From Bigelowiella natans CCMP2755 (taxonomy: Eukaryota; Protista; Cercozoa), in the NCBI GenBank assembly GCA_000320545.1, contig ADNK01002829.1:60544-124543 (forward strand): a stretch of 64,000 nucleotides of DNA, read 5' to 3'. The translations under genes and the position numbers were made by a program. Below, piece by piece: positions 38,528 through 52,437 of the stretch. Each line of letters begins with the position of its first letter. Positions within the stretch are counted from its first letter, which is position 1. Below the pieces are notes generated by a model. It saw only the letters and a program-made list of their open reading frames with translations. It did no database searches and was not told the DNA's origin.

Positions 38528-40030
38528 ATACTAATACCACTACACTACACTACTACCCTGTGATACTACTACTACTACAACAACAACAACAACAACAACT
38601 AAAACTACTGCTACTCTTCTTAGCCACCATCTGGGTGAAAGTGATTGATATTCAAGAGGACGTTGATCATTCGAATAAGAAAAGGAAGAAGACCCACCAT
38701 GTAGGGATAATAACCCGTCGTATTCTGTATTAGGCATTGCACAGCAGTAGTAGCAATACCAGTAGTAGTAGTTGTAGTAGTGGAGGAACATGTCGTGTGC
38801 GGTATATGTCTATCTATGTGTTACTATGGCAGTGATAATAAAGATGTGGTAGCTCACTGCAACCCAAGTAGTAGTAGTAGTAGTAGTAGTAAAAGAAGTA
38901 GGAGGAGGAGGAGGACTATCATATGTTGGTAGTGTAAGTAGACAGTGACGAGAGGAGAAGAAGAAGAAGCTAGGATCAATAGTAGTATCTTTATTCACAA
39001 CCTACACAGCAGATTTCGTCAACGAAAATGACTCTTATGCAATATCATCATCATCATCATCGTCGTCTTCATATATATATATATATATATATATACTATA
39101 CTATACATATACTAGGGCAAAAGGATATCTCTATCGTTCAAATATGTGGACCAAAAAACGGTCGTCGATTATTACCCACATTCGTTGTACACAGACGTGA
39201 AGAAGAAGAAGAAGAAGATGATGATAATGATGATGATCTTTTCCCTGAGTTCCAGCTGCTGCTGCTATGGATGATGCTAGGACCTGTGCTATGATTGTCC
39301 TCAAATTGTGGTTTGCCATTCAATCGCTTCTTGTCTTTCGTTTTGTTTTTATTGACTTCCAGGGAGAAGATCTAGACCCAGATGGCTCCCAGTATGACAA
39401 ACAGCAAAAGAGCAGAGGAGAAAGAAGAAAAGAACCAGCAACGTACCAGGTGTGTGTGTGTGTGTGTGTGTGTGTGGGTTTGTGTTTATGTGTGTGTGTG
39501 TGTGTGTGTGGGTTTGGCTCACACTGAAATGAATACATCCATAATATATCCTTAACATCTACCGACTTAAAAAAGCATTCAGGAATACACACACAGACTT
39601 GAGAATAGTTGCGTATTTTGTTACCGGTGCATCATTGAAGCAATGATATTAACATCGTTATCATCATCATAATCATCATCACCATCATCGTTATCATGTT
39701 CTTCAATTCCACTGTTTTAACCTTCTTCAAGCGGCCGCGAGAGGTCCACGGTATGCATATGAACGAGGACGATGACCCTAGAAACGTACCTCCCTCCCTC
39801 CCTCCCCTCTCATCTTATCCATCATCTATTCCTCTGTTTATCAGCTGTTTTCTCACAGTCACTTGCTACCACAAATCATCATCACTTCTGCTCAAACTAC
39901 AATAAAGATACACAATATTATTATTATTATCTTATTACCGTTATTATACCTTACCGCAGTTTGCCTCCTTTTTTAGGTTTCCACCTCCCCTGAGCTCCAG
40001 CCAGATCCCGTACTACGTCGTAGTGCAGTA

Positions 40031-40064
<34 letters not shown>

Positions 40065-40433
40065 TTGAAAATGAAGAACGCCATATAGTAGAATAATAGC
40101 TTCAAAATGAACGCCATATATGCATCAACATCGATCCTAATTGTTGGCTCTTTACCTTTTTGTTAGAATGCAAACAGTATGATCATCTAATGTATCATCA
40201 TAACACACTAAAGTGCTATAACGCCAAGAGGCACAGAAAGTGCAAACAATGGCTCTCTACGTGGGAATACTACTCCTAATCTTCCTTCTTCTTCTACTCT
40301 CGATTGCATTGTGCGACGATTGTTATATCTAGAAGGAGCTCGGCCCCGAAGATGAAGCATCGATTGAAAGACATGCAACTAGAACTTTAGAGAAGGTATT
40401 GTGCTACTGTTACTACTGATAATACTACCACTC

Positions 40434-40464
<31 letters not shown>

Positions 40465-40947
40465 ACGCATCATCGATCTAACGTAATAAATATAATAAAT
40501 TCAAATGAAAATAATACACACAGCAATCCAGCTGCTACATTTTACAACAACATACACTTATAAACACCATCATAATGATTATATGATTTTTTCGTGTCTA
40601 TTGTTGTATATCATTAATTTAATTGTTTTGCCATGGCCATCAGGAGGCTGAGTTGCAGCGCAAGTACGCTGCTACTGCTACTGCAGCTATGCGGTACATG
40701 AGAAATGAGAACAGTAACGATGTTGTTGTTGGCAATGGAAATAACACGACCGAGAAAGGACAAGGAGAGAGAGAAAATAGCGAAAGAGCTGACCACGACG
40801 AGAGTGATAGCGGTAAGCTGTGCAATTCGTTTTATTACAAGATACTTGATCGATGCGTGTTGTCTTTTTCCGATTCTAACGACAACTGATCTCATCATAT
40901 TCTTGTTCTATCTACGCTCAAAATCAGCTGCGTCATGTTGCTCGGCG

Positions 40948-40979
<32 letters not shown>

Positions 40980-41109
40980 GTCGTCGACGGCGTCCTCCTC
41001 CTTAAAAAGGAATAAAAGTTCTAAAAAAAGAAAGAGACATAAGAAGAAGAAACATAAGAGCCGGCATCGGAAGAATAAGCACAAGAAAAAGAAGAAGAAA
41101 AGACACTGA
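33280..41109 (+). CDS. S1 RNA-binding-domain protein (pNO40/ZCCHC17-like) with RS/K-rich regions and possible N-terminal leader; many exons
   Basis: Spliced S1 domain LPSLNS|IQRGKVVGITTF|GAFVRLELFPEISGLVHISQ|LAHQRVEKVEEVL...GKRISLSFKYVDQKT|GEDLDP (37320-39390). It has a Lys-rich C-terminus KKRKRHKKKKHK...RH* and an RS/H-rich exon at 33900-34200. The start at 33280 is inferred. Confidence 0.7.
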
Positions 41110-42120
41110 AAGAGTGATAAGCGAGTTATATTTATAAAGTAGTGAAAATATTAAATTTGCATGTCTTCAGCTGACCATTTAAAAGGATAACTGCCGCTAT
41201 TTCTCTTCGCTGATTGTTAGCTTGTCAAGCTTAGTCAAAGCTGCTTGATTTTGTACTGAATGTGTTAATCGGATTACTCAAAGCTGATGAGTTTGGATTT
41301 GTTCGAGCAGTCGAGCTTTTGCATGTAAATCAACCTGATGAGCAGCGCAGCCTAGCTTACAATGTCTAGATATACATATGTGTGGTTGCATTGTGTGACT
41401 GTACTAGATAGTTGACTCAAGCAGAGCTTGCATGGCTGTACACCATCCGCCAGGCCATGCATCTATCTAGCATCTGTACGTAATAAACAATTTGAGGACC
41501 GAGATTTTGCATGCATGTACTCTAGCTCCAGGCCATATATGTACGTCTTAGACGTGCCGTCGTAATCCTAGAATTTAAGCGATCACGACCGGCACAACGT
41601 ATACGCGAATACTAGAATAGTGCAAAAGGCCACATATCGATCGATACATAACAGCCCGCATGCTAGCATGTATGTATACATGCATGCATATAGCATAGTT
41701 GTGGAGTCTAGCAGTCATCGCATGTCATAGTAGTCTTAGTAGTAGCATAGTATTTTGTGCAGGCAGGTAACTGCAGCTAAGATCACATGATGATGCGCGT
41801 TGCAGCGTGTGTCCCGTAACACCCTTCTAGCCTTAGCAAGAACATTAGTATCAAAGGAAATCGCGCCAACGTGACTACTTCATCATGCAAGCAGTGTTCA
41901 ACACATGCAGCAATAGAATCGATTGTCGCACCAGCAGGCCGTGATCGACATATTAATTGAGAACTGTGTGTATTATCACGCCTAATCATATGGAGCAGAT
42001 ATCTGCATTTTGGTCTATATTTGGTTCTTTAATCTACGAATTACTAAAGGATATAATGTTGTTGTCGTTCCATTAAGTATGGCAGAACATCGTCCTAATA
42101 TTATCATCATACGTTGTTGT

Positions 42121-43089
42121 CTAGAGTTCCTCCATTGGATTGTACTTAACGACATTGCCTCTATGCCAGAAGTCACGGCAGTTATTGACTTTCTTGCGCC
42201 AATCAGGGCCACACCTAGAAGAATAATGGATGATTCACTACTCACTCACCATTCTCATCACCAAGAACGAATGAAAGAATCAAGGAACCAAAGAAGGAAA
42301 GAAATGCACAGAATGCTGCTGCTGGCTGCGTCCAATTGCTACTGCTACTACTGCTACTACTTGTACTACTGATTAAAAGATATACTCGTTGTAAGTTTGA
42401 AATGTGTGATTGATATGTATATGTAGATTATAATAATACTACCATTTTTCCTTGCCATAGGTTGGATAAAGTCTTAGGTATTCGTATGTGGTAATGCTGT
42501 TTGATATGAACCACGACTACATAGTAGTAGTAGTAGTAGTAGTAGTAGTAGCAGTAGAACGAAGAATTACCAACAAAGAGAATATGTAGTATTTAGTCGT
42601 AGTAATAAATAATAACAACTTAACATGGTGAAGATGATGACGACGAGTCAGGGTTATCAGTTGACCACACATTTGTCAGTCATTATCTTATTTTCATCAG
42701 CCATTGTTGTTGGTATTATCAATGGTTTGAGATCATTAATCACAAATTATAATTAATAACAATCAATTGTAGTTGTAATAGGAGGAGAGAGGGAGGAGGA
42801 GGAGGAAGAGGAAGTAGTAACATGGTGCTGGTACTTAAAAACCCAAATCATGTTGTAACTACTACTACTACTACTACTACTACTAATACTACTACTACCA
42901 ACCTGCCATGAGAGAAGGCAAGAAACGGGAATGATCACGGCAATAGATGCTATAATGATGACAACCTACGATGTGATGAGCATCAGCATCAGCATGATGA
43001 TTATGATTCATCGGGTTCCAGCATGCAAAAAACAACAGCAGCTATAAGAACCAAAACAATTTGAATGGAAGGAGAATATCAGGAGCACG

Positions 43090-43130
<41 letters not shown>

Positions 43131-43212
43131 CTCTGCCGCCCCCCCCCCTGACAAATAACCCACGAAATAAATAAATATACAAGTAGTAAATAAATAGGCT
43201 CTGCTTCATCTT

Positions 43213-43243
<31 letters not shown>

Positions 43244-43306
43244 AACACCTACCTACCTACTGCACACAACACATACACACACATCAAAATAAATAATATA
43301 AATCAA

Positions 43307-43353
<47 letters not shown>

Positions 43354-43596
43354 TTCATACCTGGGCGTGGTGTTCATTGAAAGCGCACATCATAACTTTA
43401 ACTGTCCCCCCCCCACCGCAGACAACGTACATGTGCTCAGTAGCCACGTAAAGGAAGCTGTACGGGGAGGAGAAGGAGGAGGAGGAGGAATGGAATGGAA
43501 AGATAAAAGAGTATGATCACACATCCTCAGACTCAATACGATGATACATAAATTAAGATTAATGAAGACGATGAAGAGTGATTACAATGATGACGA

Positions 43597-43629
<33 letters not shown>

Positions 43630-43868
43630 ACCACCTTAATATGGCAAGAACTACACTGATTAAGAAGGCCATGAAGTGCTTGTGATTGTTCTTTTCGTGG
43701 AGAGAGAAGAGGAAGAAGAAGAAGAAGAAGAAGATAATGATGATGATGATGATGAATACCAGCACTACCATCATCATCAAGCCCAGCAGCAGCTAGATGT
43801 ATAGCTCTCGAATGTACACATGTATCATCATCATTATTACCGTGTGTGTGCTCTTTGTGAGAAGTTGT

Positions 43869-43900
<32 letters not shown>

Positions 43901-44614
43901 TAATAATAGTACCTGGCCAACACAGTTGTTGATGAATGGGCAATAATGGTCAAACATCTGCACACACCTCCCTGACATGGGATCGTGCTTCGATCTTGGA
44001 GGCATTTCCACTATACACGTTGCACACACCTGATAAAGATGATGATGATGATGATGATGATGATGATCATGTTGTTCCAACAAGAAGGAGGAGTAGGATT
44101 ATGATAATGCTTCATCATCCTCCTCCTCCTCCTTCTCCTCATCATCATTGGCCTCTTACTACCACTACTACTACAACTACTACTACTACTACTACTATCA
44201 CTACCACCTTGAGAGAGGATCCTAATGCCAAACGCCTGGCCAACTTCGCAATGAAATCGGCTTTTGCTGGCTCACGAGACACGTCGTCAGTAACGGTGAT
44301 TCGTTCAATGTAGCCTGGATCAAGGGTTACAGCTTTCATGAAGAAATACACGGTAGAGCCGATGAGCAGGATGGCCATTATCAGCTTCAGTATGTGCTCG
44401 GAACCGAGCTGCACGAGGCAGTTGAGGTACGTTGTTGAGATGAAGAAAATTAAAGCGCATGCAGATCCTACCGAATGAGTGAAAGAAAGAAAGAAAGAAT
44501 GAATAAATGAATTGTGTGCAAGGTACTTTTATAAATGGCGATCATCGTATTAGTCTTGTGTTATAGCTATACGTGTGTAAGGAAGAATTCGGAAGATAAA
44601 ACATATATGTATAT

Positions 44615-44655
<41 letters not shown>

Positions 44656-45162
44656 TGTATATAAATTGGGTCACCCTCTCTCTCTATCTCTCTCTCTCTC
44701 TCTTTTTAATGAATAAAGTAATAAGTGATTAGTGATGATCGATTCTCACAGCACCGAATGGGAATAGCCCCATGGGTTGTTGCTTAGCGCCGTGTCTGTG
44801 AGCTACCACATGGCCATATTGCATGCGGGATGTAACGATAGCATAGAGTCCGATGATAGATACGATGCCGAAGAACCAACCCAGCAACGTCAGCGCTATT
44901 AGAACACCCGCGCCGATGATGAAGGGGTGAATATAGCCCTGCATGAGTACCTTCTCACGGTTGATATAGCTCTTTAAGATGTGGTGAACCCCAGCTATAA
45001 GGGTGATAAGTAACCATGAGGAAGAAGAAAGGGGGGGAGGGAGGAAGGAGGGAAGAAAGTTGTACTCTAAAATCAATCCACTGCTGCCACTGCCGTTTTG
45101 TGTTTGCACGTGCGCGAGCGTGAATTTTACATCATCATCATCATCACCACCATCATCATCAT

Positions 45163-45198
<36 letters not shown>

Positions 45199-46881
45199 AC
45201 TTTTCATTTCCTGCGCCAAGTCAAGGGGGGTGAGGTTCTTGTTGTTCTTGATGGTTAGAGAAGCACCAGCATCTATCAGTGCAAATATCGACTTTGCCGT
45301 TCCTGGAGATCGACTCTGCTGAATAGCCCAATGCAAGGCTGTATTGCCCGTTTGAGAATGTTTGGCATCGATTGTATTCGCAGCTCCCAATGTGAGAAGT
45401 AACCTTTGATGGCCACGAAGACAAACAACACAACAATGACGATGATGATGATGATGATGAGAACGATGAACAATCAACCAGAGAGTAGAAAGAAAGAAAG
45501 AAAGACAGAATCATTAGAGAACTGACGGAACAATGAAGCTCGATCATGACTAAAATTGATGATAACATCACATCACACGCTGCGAACACAGTACTGTGTT
45601 AAATGTTACAGGGTTGGTTGGGATTATTTCTCAAAATTACTCAACATTTTCTGCTTCATTTTTTCTACTATGGGTTTTATTCTTCATCATCATCTTCTTC
45701 TCATTCTTCTTATTATTATTCAAATTCTCTCGAAAAGGTTGTTAGTGGAAGTGCTGATCGTTGATTGATGTTATTATTACCGAATCATGCGAAGGTCATA
45801 GCTGTGGAAACGACAAACCCTTGCGAGGGGCGTGAGGCCACGGTTATCTTGAACATTGGGGGAACAACCCCTTGACAATAAGTACATGGCTAAGGGAAAT
45901 TTCTGACAGTGACAGGCCAGCATAAGAGCGTCCAAGCCTAAAAAATTGAAAGTTAGTGAATGATGATGATGAGTGATAGTTTCAGCAACTCATATATATT
46001 TATAATATGTATATACATATATCGGTTTGCCAATAAGCTCGCGTTTTCCCATGATTTCAGGTCTTAACATTTAATACAAAGATACAACAACGTAAACGGA
46101 TTCTATGTCGTAAGTGAGGTGAAATACCTTCAGTGCTTCTAATTGACAGGTCTCCACCTGCTTCATAAAGAAGGATAACGACATCTAGATGTCCCTGTCG
46201 TGCAGCCCATTGCAGAGGAGTTTCTTGCAGAACTCCTCCTGGTCGATTTACATCTGCATGCTTCTCTAGCAGATGCTTTACGATATCCACCCTGTTGTTG
46301 ATGCTCGCCCAATGAAGAAGCTAAAGAATAAGTATTTAAACCACCATCTCTTAAAACAAATATTGAATGAGGCAATGACTATCATTAATTTTTACCGAGC
46401 AATTCTGATCATCCCTATCATTGACTCTGATCTTCTTGGTGTCCAGCATTTGTTTCAAAGCGTCGAGTTTCCCCCATTGCACATGCTTGACTGCTTCTGC
46501 CATGTAGTTCTTAAGCTGGCGCGACGATACTTGTCCAGAATTGCTATTCTCCCCTGAAGATGCAACATTAGAACCCCAGTAGGGTGAAGCACTTGATGAA
46601 GCCGATAGGTCTGTACTGTTGCTGTTCAAAGAAATAGTTGGTTTTTGCGTCGTCGTGTTGGAGGAAGTAGCGGAAGATGAGGCCTTCGCATTAGTAGATG
46701 ATTCTTTGCTTGTTTCCGGAAGTACTTTGCTCTTTTCGTCCCCCTCCTTGCTTTTCTCTGCTACTTTAGCTTCATTCTCCGCCCCAGAAGGTTTATCAGA
46801 TGCGTTATTCCCATCTGCTTCCTCCATACGCGTTTGGGTCCCTTCCCCTGATTGGGCACCCACTGTGCGCAGCTGATCCAT
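42121..46881 (-). CDS. Ankyrin-repeat DHHC palmitoyltransferase (Akr1/ZDHHC17-like)
   Basis: Ankyrin repeats (TPLQWAARQGHLDVV, GNTALHWA, LTPLDLA), TM segments, CRD VCATCIVEMPPRSKHDPMSGRCVQMFDHYCPFINNCVG and a TTxE motif (ITTYEY). The stop is at 42121-42123. Confidence 0.92.
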
Positions 46882-47745
46882 GGATGACACCGGACCACAG
46901 CTCTGACCGCGTCCTTCTTCACTGGCAAATTACAGTGGGTAATTTTATGTTCCTACCAATGAATTGGTCTCTAGCACGTAGGCTCAGAGCCACCAACCCC
47001 TAAACTCCCAGTAAGTGTGCACGTTTGGACGGCAGAAAAGGGAGGAGGACAGAGAAATCGACTATTGCATCAGTAAGTATCTCAGACCGAGGCCTGTGCA
47101 GCAATATTGAAAAATATGTATAATAGAGGATAATTATTGTTTGCGGCTGAGGAAATTGAGCATATATGAAAATATATTCCAGTTTTTAAAAGGGACATCG
47201 TAAATTTTAGGCTGAAAGATTGGTTATTGGTTTTGGGATGACGAGGTAGATTTGGCAGGTGATGTTAGAAGAGCCATAGAACCATGCCATTTTCATCAAA
47301 AACGGCAAACTTATTTTGTCGCATGTGCTACACCTGTGGAAACCAAGAAGAATTCTTCCTTGAGTAAGCTTTGGACTTTCTTCATCAATATTTTGGCGTC
47401 TGGCGTCCATGATTGATCGGAAAGCAGCAGCAGTTGAGGTCGTCTCTGATAAAGATCGTAGGCTATTTCTATTGTTTCTGTTGTTTAAATTGTACGATTA
47501 TGGGTTGAATTTATAAATAATTGGATGTATTGGGTTTTGTCAGGAGTTCGATCATTCGACGATCATCAGGATCATGGTGCTTCCCCTGCTCGTAGCCCTC
47601 AATCAATACCACTCTCTTGCTCCTTGACAATTTACATGGAAGAGAGTCTAAGCCTACGGTTCAATTTTCAATGTGCAAATTCTAGTGAAAACTGGCCACG
47701 AACAATTGGTTTCAATAAGTTTCGATTGGATGCTTTAGCCCATCG

Positions 47746-49331
47746 ATGCATCGATTCACTGGAATCTCTATATTACTTGCCTTTATGATTATAATGGGAG
47801 AGTCCTCAAGCAAAAATCAGGATGATGAAGCAGCGTTAACACTCCTGGAACATGCCTCCCAATCCTTCGAGCTGCCTACAGATTCTGATGAGGAACATCA
47901 GAGGCAGGTTCTACGGCAGCAGCAGAGAGCAAGGGGATACGTGGATTACTTAGAGAGGGGTTCAAATCGGTCAATCACCATCGGTCCAGCTGGATTTGAA
48001 GCATTGATAAATGTGAATGATCTTCTTGTCCACGAAGACTATGGGTTTTGTCGCTACAGTGCATTGTTCGAAAGCTCAATACGGTTGCAATTCAAAGATG
48101 GCTGCAAATTCGTCGATTGGAGGGACAGACACTTGTTGACCAAGTATCATGCTCACGGCAGTAGAATCGTCGGTAGGAAGAATAAAAATGCTACTACGCA
48201 GCAGGAACAGCAGCAGCCCGAATTGTCTGCGCTGTGTGAGCATCGTTCTTGGGTCAGAAGGAAAAATCGCGTCAAAGCCTACACAGCCGGTTTGGCCGAA
48301 AAGCTTGCTGGCTTATACGTTCAAAGACAAACAATTTTTCGGAAACCTTGTTTTGCGCACGACCCTCCCGATTATGAAGCATTCGAAAGGTCTTTCCCTC
48401 ACTCTCCTACCTCTGATCAGATCCGGTGTTTCCAAGAGGTAGGTAGGTAGTAGGACACTAGCTACCTCCTGTGCTTCTTTTACTACCTACTATAGCGGTT
48501 ACAGTACGATGTGTGCTGTTGAACAGCAATATACCGGCAGCTCTAATTTTGGTTTTTTCCTGACAGGTTCGGTACGATATGACCCGAAAGTGTTGTCCCA
48601 TGGACAGGCTACTGTGTGGGGATGTTGGCAGCGGCAAAACTGAGGTGGCTTTTAGGGCTGTATTCCGAGCCGTCTTAAACAAACGACAAGTAGGTGATGG
48701 TCGCAGCATTATTTGGATATGTGCGACAACATTGTAACTAGGACAAGCGACGGTGATTCTCTCCGACTGTGCATTATTGACAACCTCGTCATCATCATTA
48801 TCATCTTATTATTATTATTATTATCATCATCATATGACTGTTTCAACCTACTCCCCAGGTTGCACTTCTTGCGCCAACAACCATTCTAGCAGCACAGCAT
48901 GTTCAAACCATGCGATCTCGATTCCCCTCTTGGATCAATGTCAGCTTGCTACTTGGTGGCTCGCACCAGAAAGCTTCTTATCGCCAAAGGGTATATCGAT
49001 CTTTAGCCGATGGAAGTTGCCAAGTTGTCGTTGGCACACAATCATTGCTACGGGGGACTGCATTGAGTAGATACAACAATGCAACTTCCTGTTCCCTCTC
49101 TCATTCCTCGAAGAGGGTAAGATCTAATGAGGACAATAGGATTAAAAGAAACCAGTCGATGCCGCTCCAGTTTAGGAATCTTGGCCTCATCGTCATTGAC
49201 GAAGAGCAGCGTTTTGGCGTTGTTCAAAAAGTGTGTAAAATAGTTATAAAACGAAATCGGTGAATCAGCAATATAAGGAAATTTCCAAAATGTTGTTTTG
49301 TTGACCGTCGTCGTCGTCATCGCCAATGCTT

Positions 49332-49363
<32 letters not shown>

Positions 49364-50054
49364 CAGGAGCACTTGAAGAGGATGGTTGCCCCTGGGGTAG
49401 ACGTGCTGTCTCTTTCCGCTACACCTATCCCTCGCACGCTACAAATGGCGCAGCTTGGTATTCGCGGCTTGTCTAGGCTATTAAACCCTCCTCCAGGCCG
49501 TAAAATACCTAAGACACTTGTTGAGCCATACTCGAAGACTTTATTTTGCCATGCGCTCATAAGAGAGGCCAAAAGAAAGGGGCAAATCTTGTACGTAGTG
49601 GCAAGAAGAAAACAGGTACAACACGCACACTCTATATATATCCTATGATCTGTTTTGTGAAAAAGGTATCTTCTGAGATATGATGGCATCATCCCTCAGG
49701 TTCCTGAACGGGCAAGGAGACTGCGGAGAATTTTACAAATGATCAACAACCTTAACACTATTGGTGCTCTTCAAGAGGAACAGGCGTGGAACGACTTGTT
49801 AGATGATGTTGATATTGAGCAAAGATGCTGTGATGATGGCATCAGCAGTTCTGTGGACGAAGAAGGGGAGGATGAACAGGAGGAGGAAGAGGAGGAGGGT
49901 AATGTGGAAAAACAACAACAACAACAAGAGCAGCACCAGTTGTGGAGGAATGGAAATGGTAGGGTGATATGTGCGGTTGGAGGCGAGGCAGACCTAGAAA
50001 AGAAAGTCCTAGCTTTCTCAAAAGGAAAGGCGGTAAGTATGTAAGTGATAGAGG

Positions 50055-50100
<46 letters not shown>

Positions 50101-50722
50101 TATGAAGAATTATTGCACAAGGATTTTTGAGTATGAATATGCTCCGTGCATGGATTCTTGAGTTCAATTTCTTGCATACGGCAATAGGAAATACTTGTGG
50201 CTACGACAGTCCTTGAAAACGGTTTGATATGATAGCTTCTTTGAATTGAGTTGAGTGATAAACTAACACGCGTCCCGTTATCAGGTCTGGATTTGCCAAA
50301 TGCAAACACCTTGATCGTTGAAAACTCACATATGTATGGCCTAGCACAATTGCACCAACTCCGAGGACGAGTTGGCAGGCGCTCCCAACAGGTTCTTGCT
50401 ATTTTGATATTGCAACACGTACAAAATATAATTCGTTATGTTTATGAAGGGTCACGCCTTGTTCTTGATCCCGAAACGAAACTATCACTTCAACGAACAG
50501 CAACGTCAGCGCTTAGAATCCATCAAATCAAGCTTGACAGGGGATGACATTGCATCGAACGACCTCAAAATACGAGGTGCTGGGTCATTGCTCGGAGAGC
50601 AACAATCAGGTCACGTCGAAGACATCGGCTATGATTTGTATCAGGAACTTCTGCGTCGCGAAATAGCAAACAAATCGAAGCCAGGAGAACAATGGGAAGT
50701 TGACAAGAAAAGACCATTCTAG
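47746..50722 (+). CDS. mfd: Mfd/TRCF-like (transcription-repair coupling factor) SF2 helicase, probably organelle-targeted; start uncertain
   Basis: CarD-like RID ([13 protein letters not shown]), [60 protein letters not shown] and TRG-like [18 protein letters not shown]. Confidence 0.9.
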
Positions 50723-50855
50723 CATTTAGTTCTGGATGCTGACGGCATGTTTGCTATTTGCGCTGCTAGGCTGCTACGATTGAACCTCTAAGAGGTGCCC
50801 AAAATTGGCACCGATGTGGCTAGGTGGGCCAGGTGCAGCGATGTGCATGGATGAT

Positions 50856-50877
50856 GCCGGCTAGCTAGCTAGCCGGC
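50856..50877. repeat. Perfect 22-nt palindrome gccggctagctagctagccggc
   Basis: Self-reverse-complementary. A similar (CTAG)3 run occurs at 51117-51128. Confidence 0.95.
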
Positions 50878-51672
50878 CTGCACATCTCGATGCATCACTA
50901 GATCAGATGAATGAACAGACGTGAAAGTTGTGCATCACAATCAGCTGTCATCATTGTTGCCCTGTTGCTGCACCACGGCTAGACGGCACTGCGGGGCGAT
51001 TGCATGACGGTTGGCATGCCTTTGTCCATCGTTGCAATCTGTCATGGCATTGCACACGCAGCCCCCCCCAACCAACAACTTTTCCTGCTTGCATGTTCGC
51101 TGGCATGGCCAAATGGCTAGCTAGCTAGGTGGCCATGCACGCTGGCACGTGCAGGTGGTCTGTCGCTGTCGCTTGCACCCGTGAAAATTGATTGTCCGGC
51201 CAGGCCCGGCTAGCCGGCGTGTGCATCGAGACTTGCCAAAGAAGCATTTTGCACTGTCTGGCTAGGCCTGGAGCTGTTTGGCTGTGTTCGGTTCTGAGAT
51301 GCACGCACAACAAACTTGAAAATGCGCAAACAGACTTCTGTGCAGTCTAGCAACACGCAACCCATCAGAATGAGTGCACTCTGTGTGCATCACCCACAAT
51401 CATGGGAAAAATGTGCCGTGATGCAAAAAAGATTCACGATGTCAGTGCACGGAGAAAACATCAAGTGAAGGCTGGATCTGACATTCAAGCACTTAGTGCT
51501 GCACAGGATTCTTGCAAATTTGTTGTCGCGGGGCAGAAGTCACATGATTTTTCTTTGTCGTAAGGGGGAAATCACAGCGCTCAGTTTCGCTTGAGATTTG
51601 CAACAAAATCACCCCCCCCCAGAACGATGCAACGTGAGGTCACACATTGAACAATTCAAAGCGTCGGAAAGA

Positions 51673-52394
51673 ATGAATTCATCATCAAAAGCGTCATCGG
51701 GATCATTACCGAAATCGTCATCACCATCGCGACGTGGTAGAGGTCGAGCAGGTAGGAGAAAGAAGAAGCTTGGTAGGAAGCCCCCTGGACCTCCTCCTGG
51801 CCCGCCGCCAGGGCCAGTACCACCACAAAATCGAGGAAATGGGGTTGTAGTCCCAAAGCAGAAAACCACGCCAATTACATCTGGCATCCGAGTAAACAGC
51901 ATTTCCATTCAAGAAAGAAGAGAGGTAAAATCTTCCGCAAGACTGTCTAGGCCCTTGCCACCTTCAACACCTCCAGCTCCTCAATCTAGGAAATTCTGGG
52001 TCCAATATCTCTTCTATTCTCACATAGAAAGAATCAAATCATATGTTTATTGTTACATACATATATCTTCTGAATGTAGGCGGTGAAAGAAAGGAGGTCA
52101 TCACTTGGAACGATAGCCACGTACGTAAAAATTAGATCAGTATCAAATAACTGAACGACGAATGAAACCATGTAGACAATCAAGTGTTGGCATCGGAAGT
52201 CTATCTCCAGAGCCACTTCCGTCACACCCGCCACTATCTGCGCTTGATGGAGTGCGTGAAGAAAATAGGCATGTTTCTCCAGTGTAGTTGCACATATAAT
52301 GTATTCACTCTTTGCCATTCTATTGAATAATTTCTAAACAAGCAGAACTGCTCACACTGAAGCTCCGCCAGACGACGAGTACTCAAATTCATAC

Positions 52395-52437
<43 letters not shown>

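Larger units (their letters stand above)
4238..46000. repeat. Very dense microsatellites: (TA)n, (TC)n, (TG)n, (TAG)n, (CAT)n, (GAA)n, (TCC)n, (CAG)n in introns and exons
   Basis: Dozens of tracts, for example (TA)n at 5560, 7232, 18205 and 21336, (TC)n at 11337 and (TAG)n at 14468. Exonic tracts encode poly-S/E/D/A. Confidence 0.95.

Noticed and set aside
43915-44030. DHYC instead of DHHC in the palmitoyltransferase
   Set aside because: Known variant in Akr1-type enzymes; not novel.
4900-46000. Numerous short ORFs with poly-I/Y/L/H/V runs
   Set aside because: Translations of intronic microsatellites or wrong frames of real exons.
50791-51493. 5mC deamination or RIP as the cause of the CATG/TGCA excess
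   Set aside because: CpG remains plentiful (ccgg, cacg, tcga), and those processes create or leave TpA rather than remove it.
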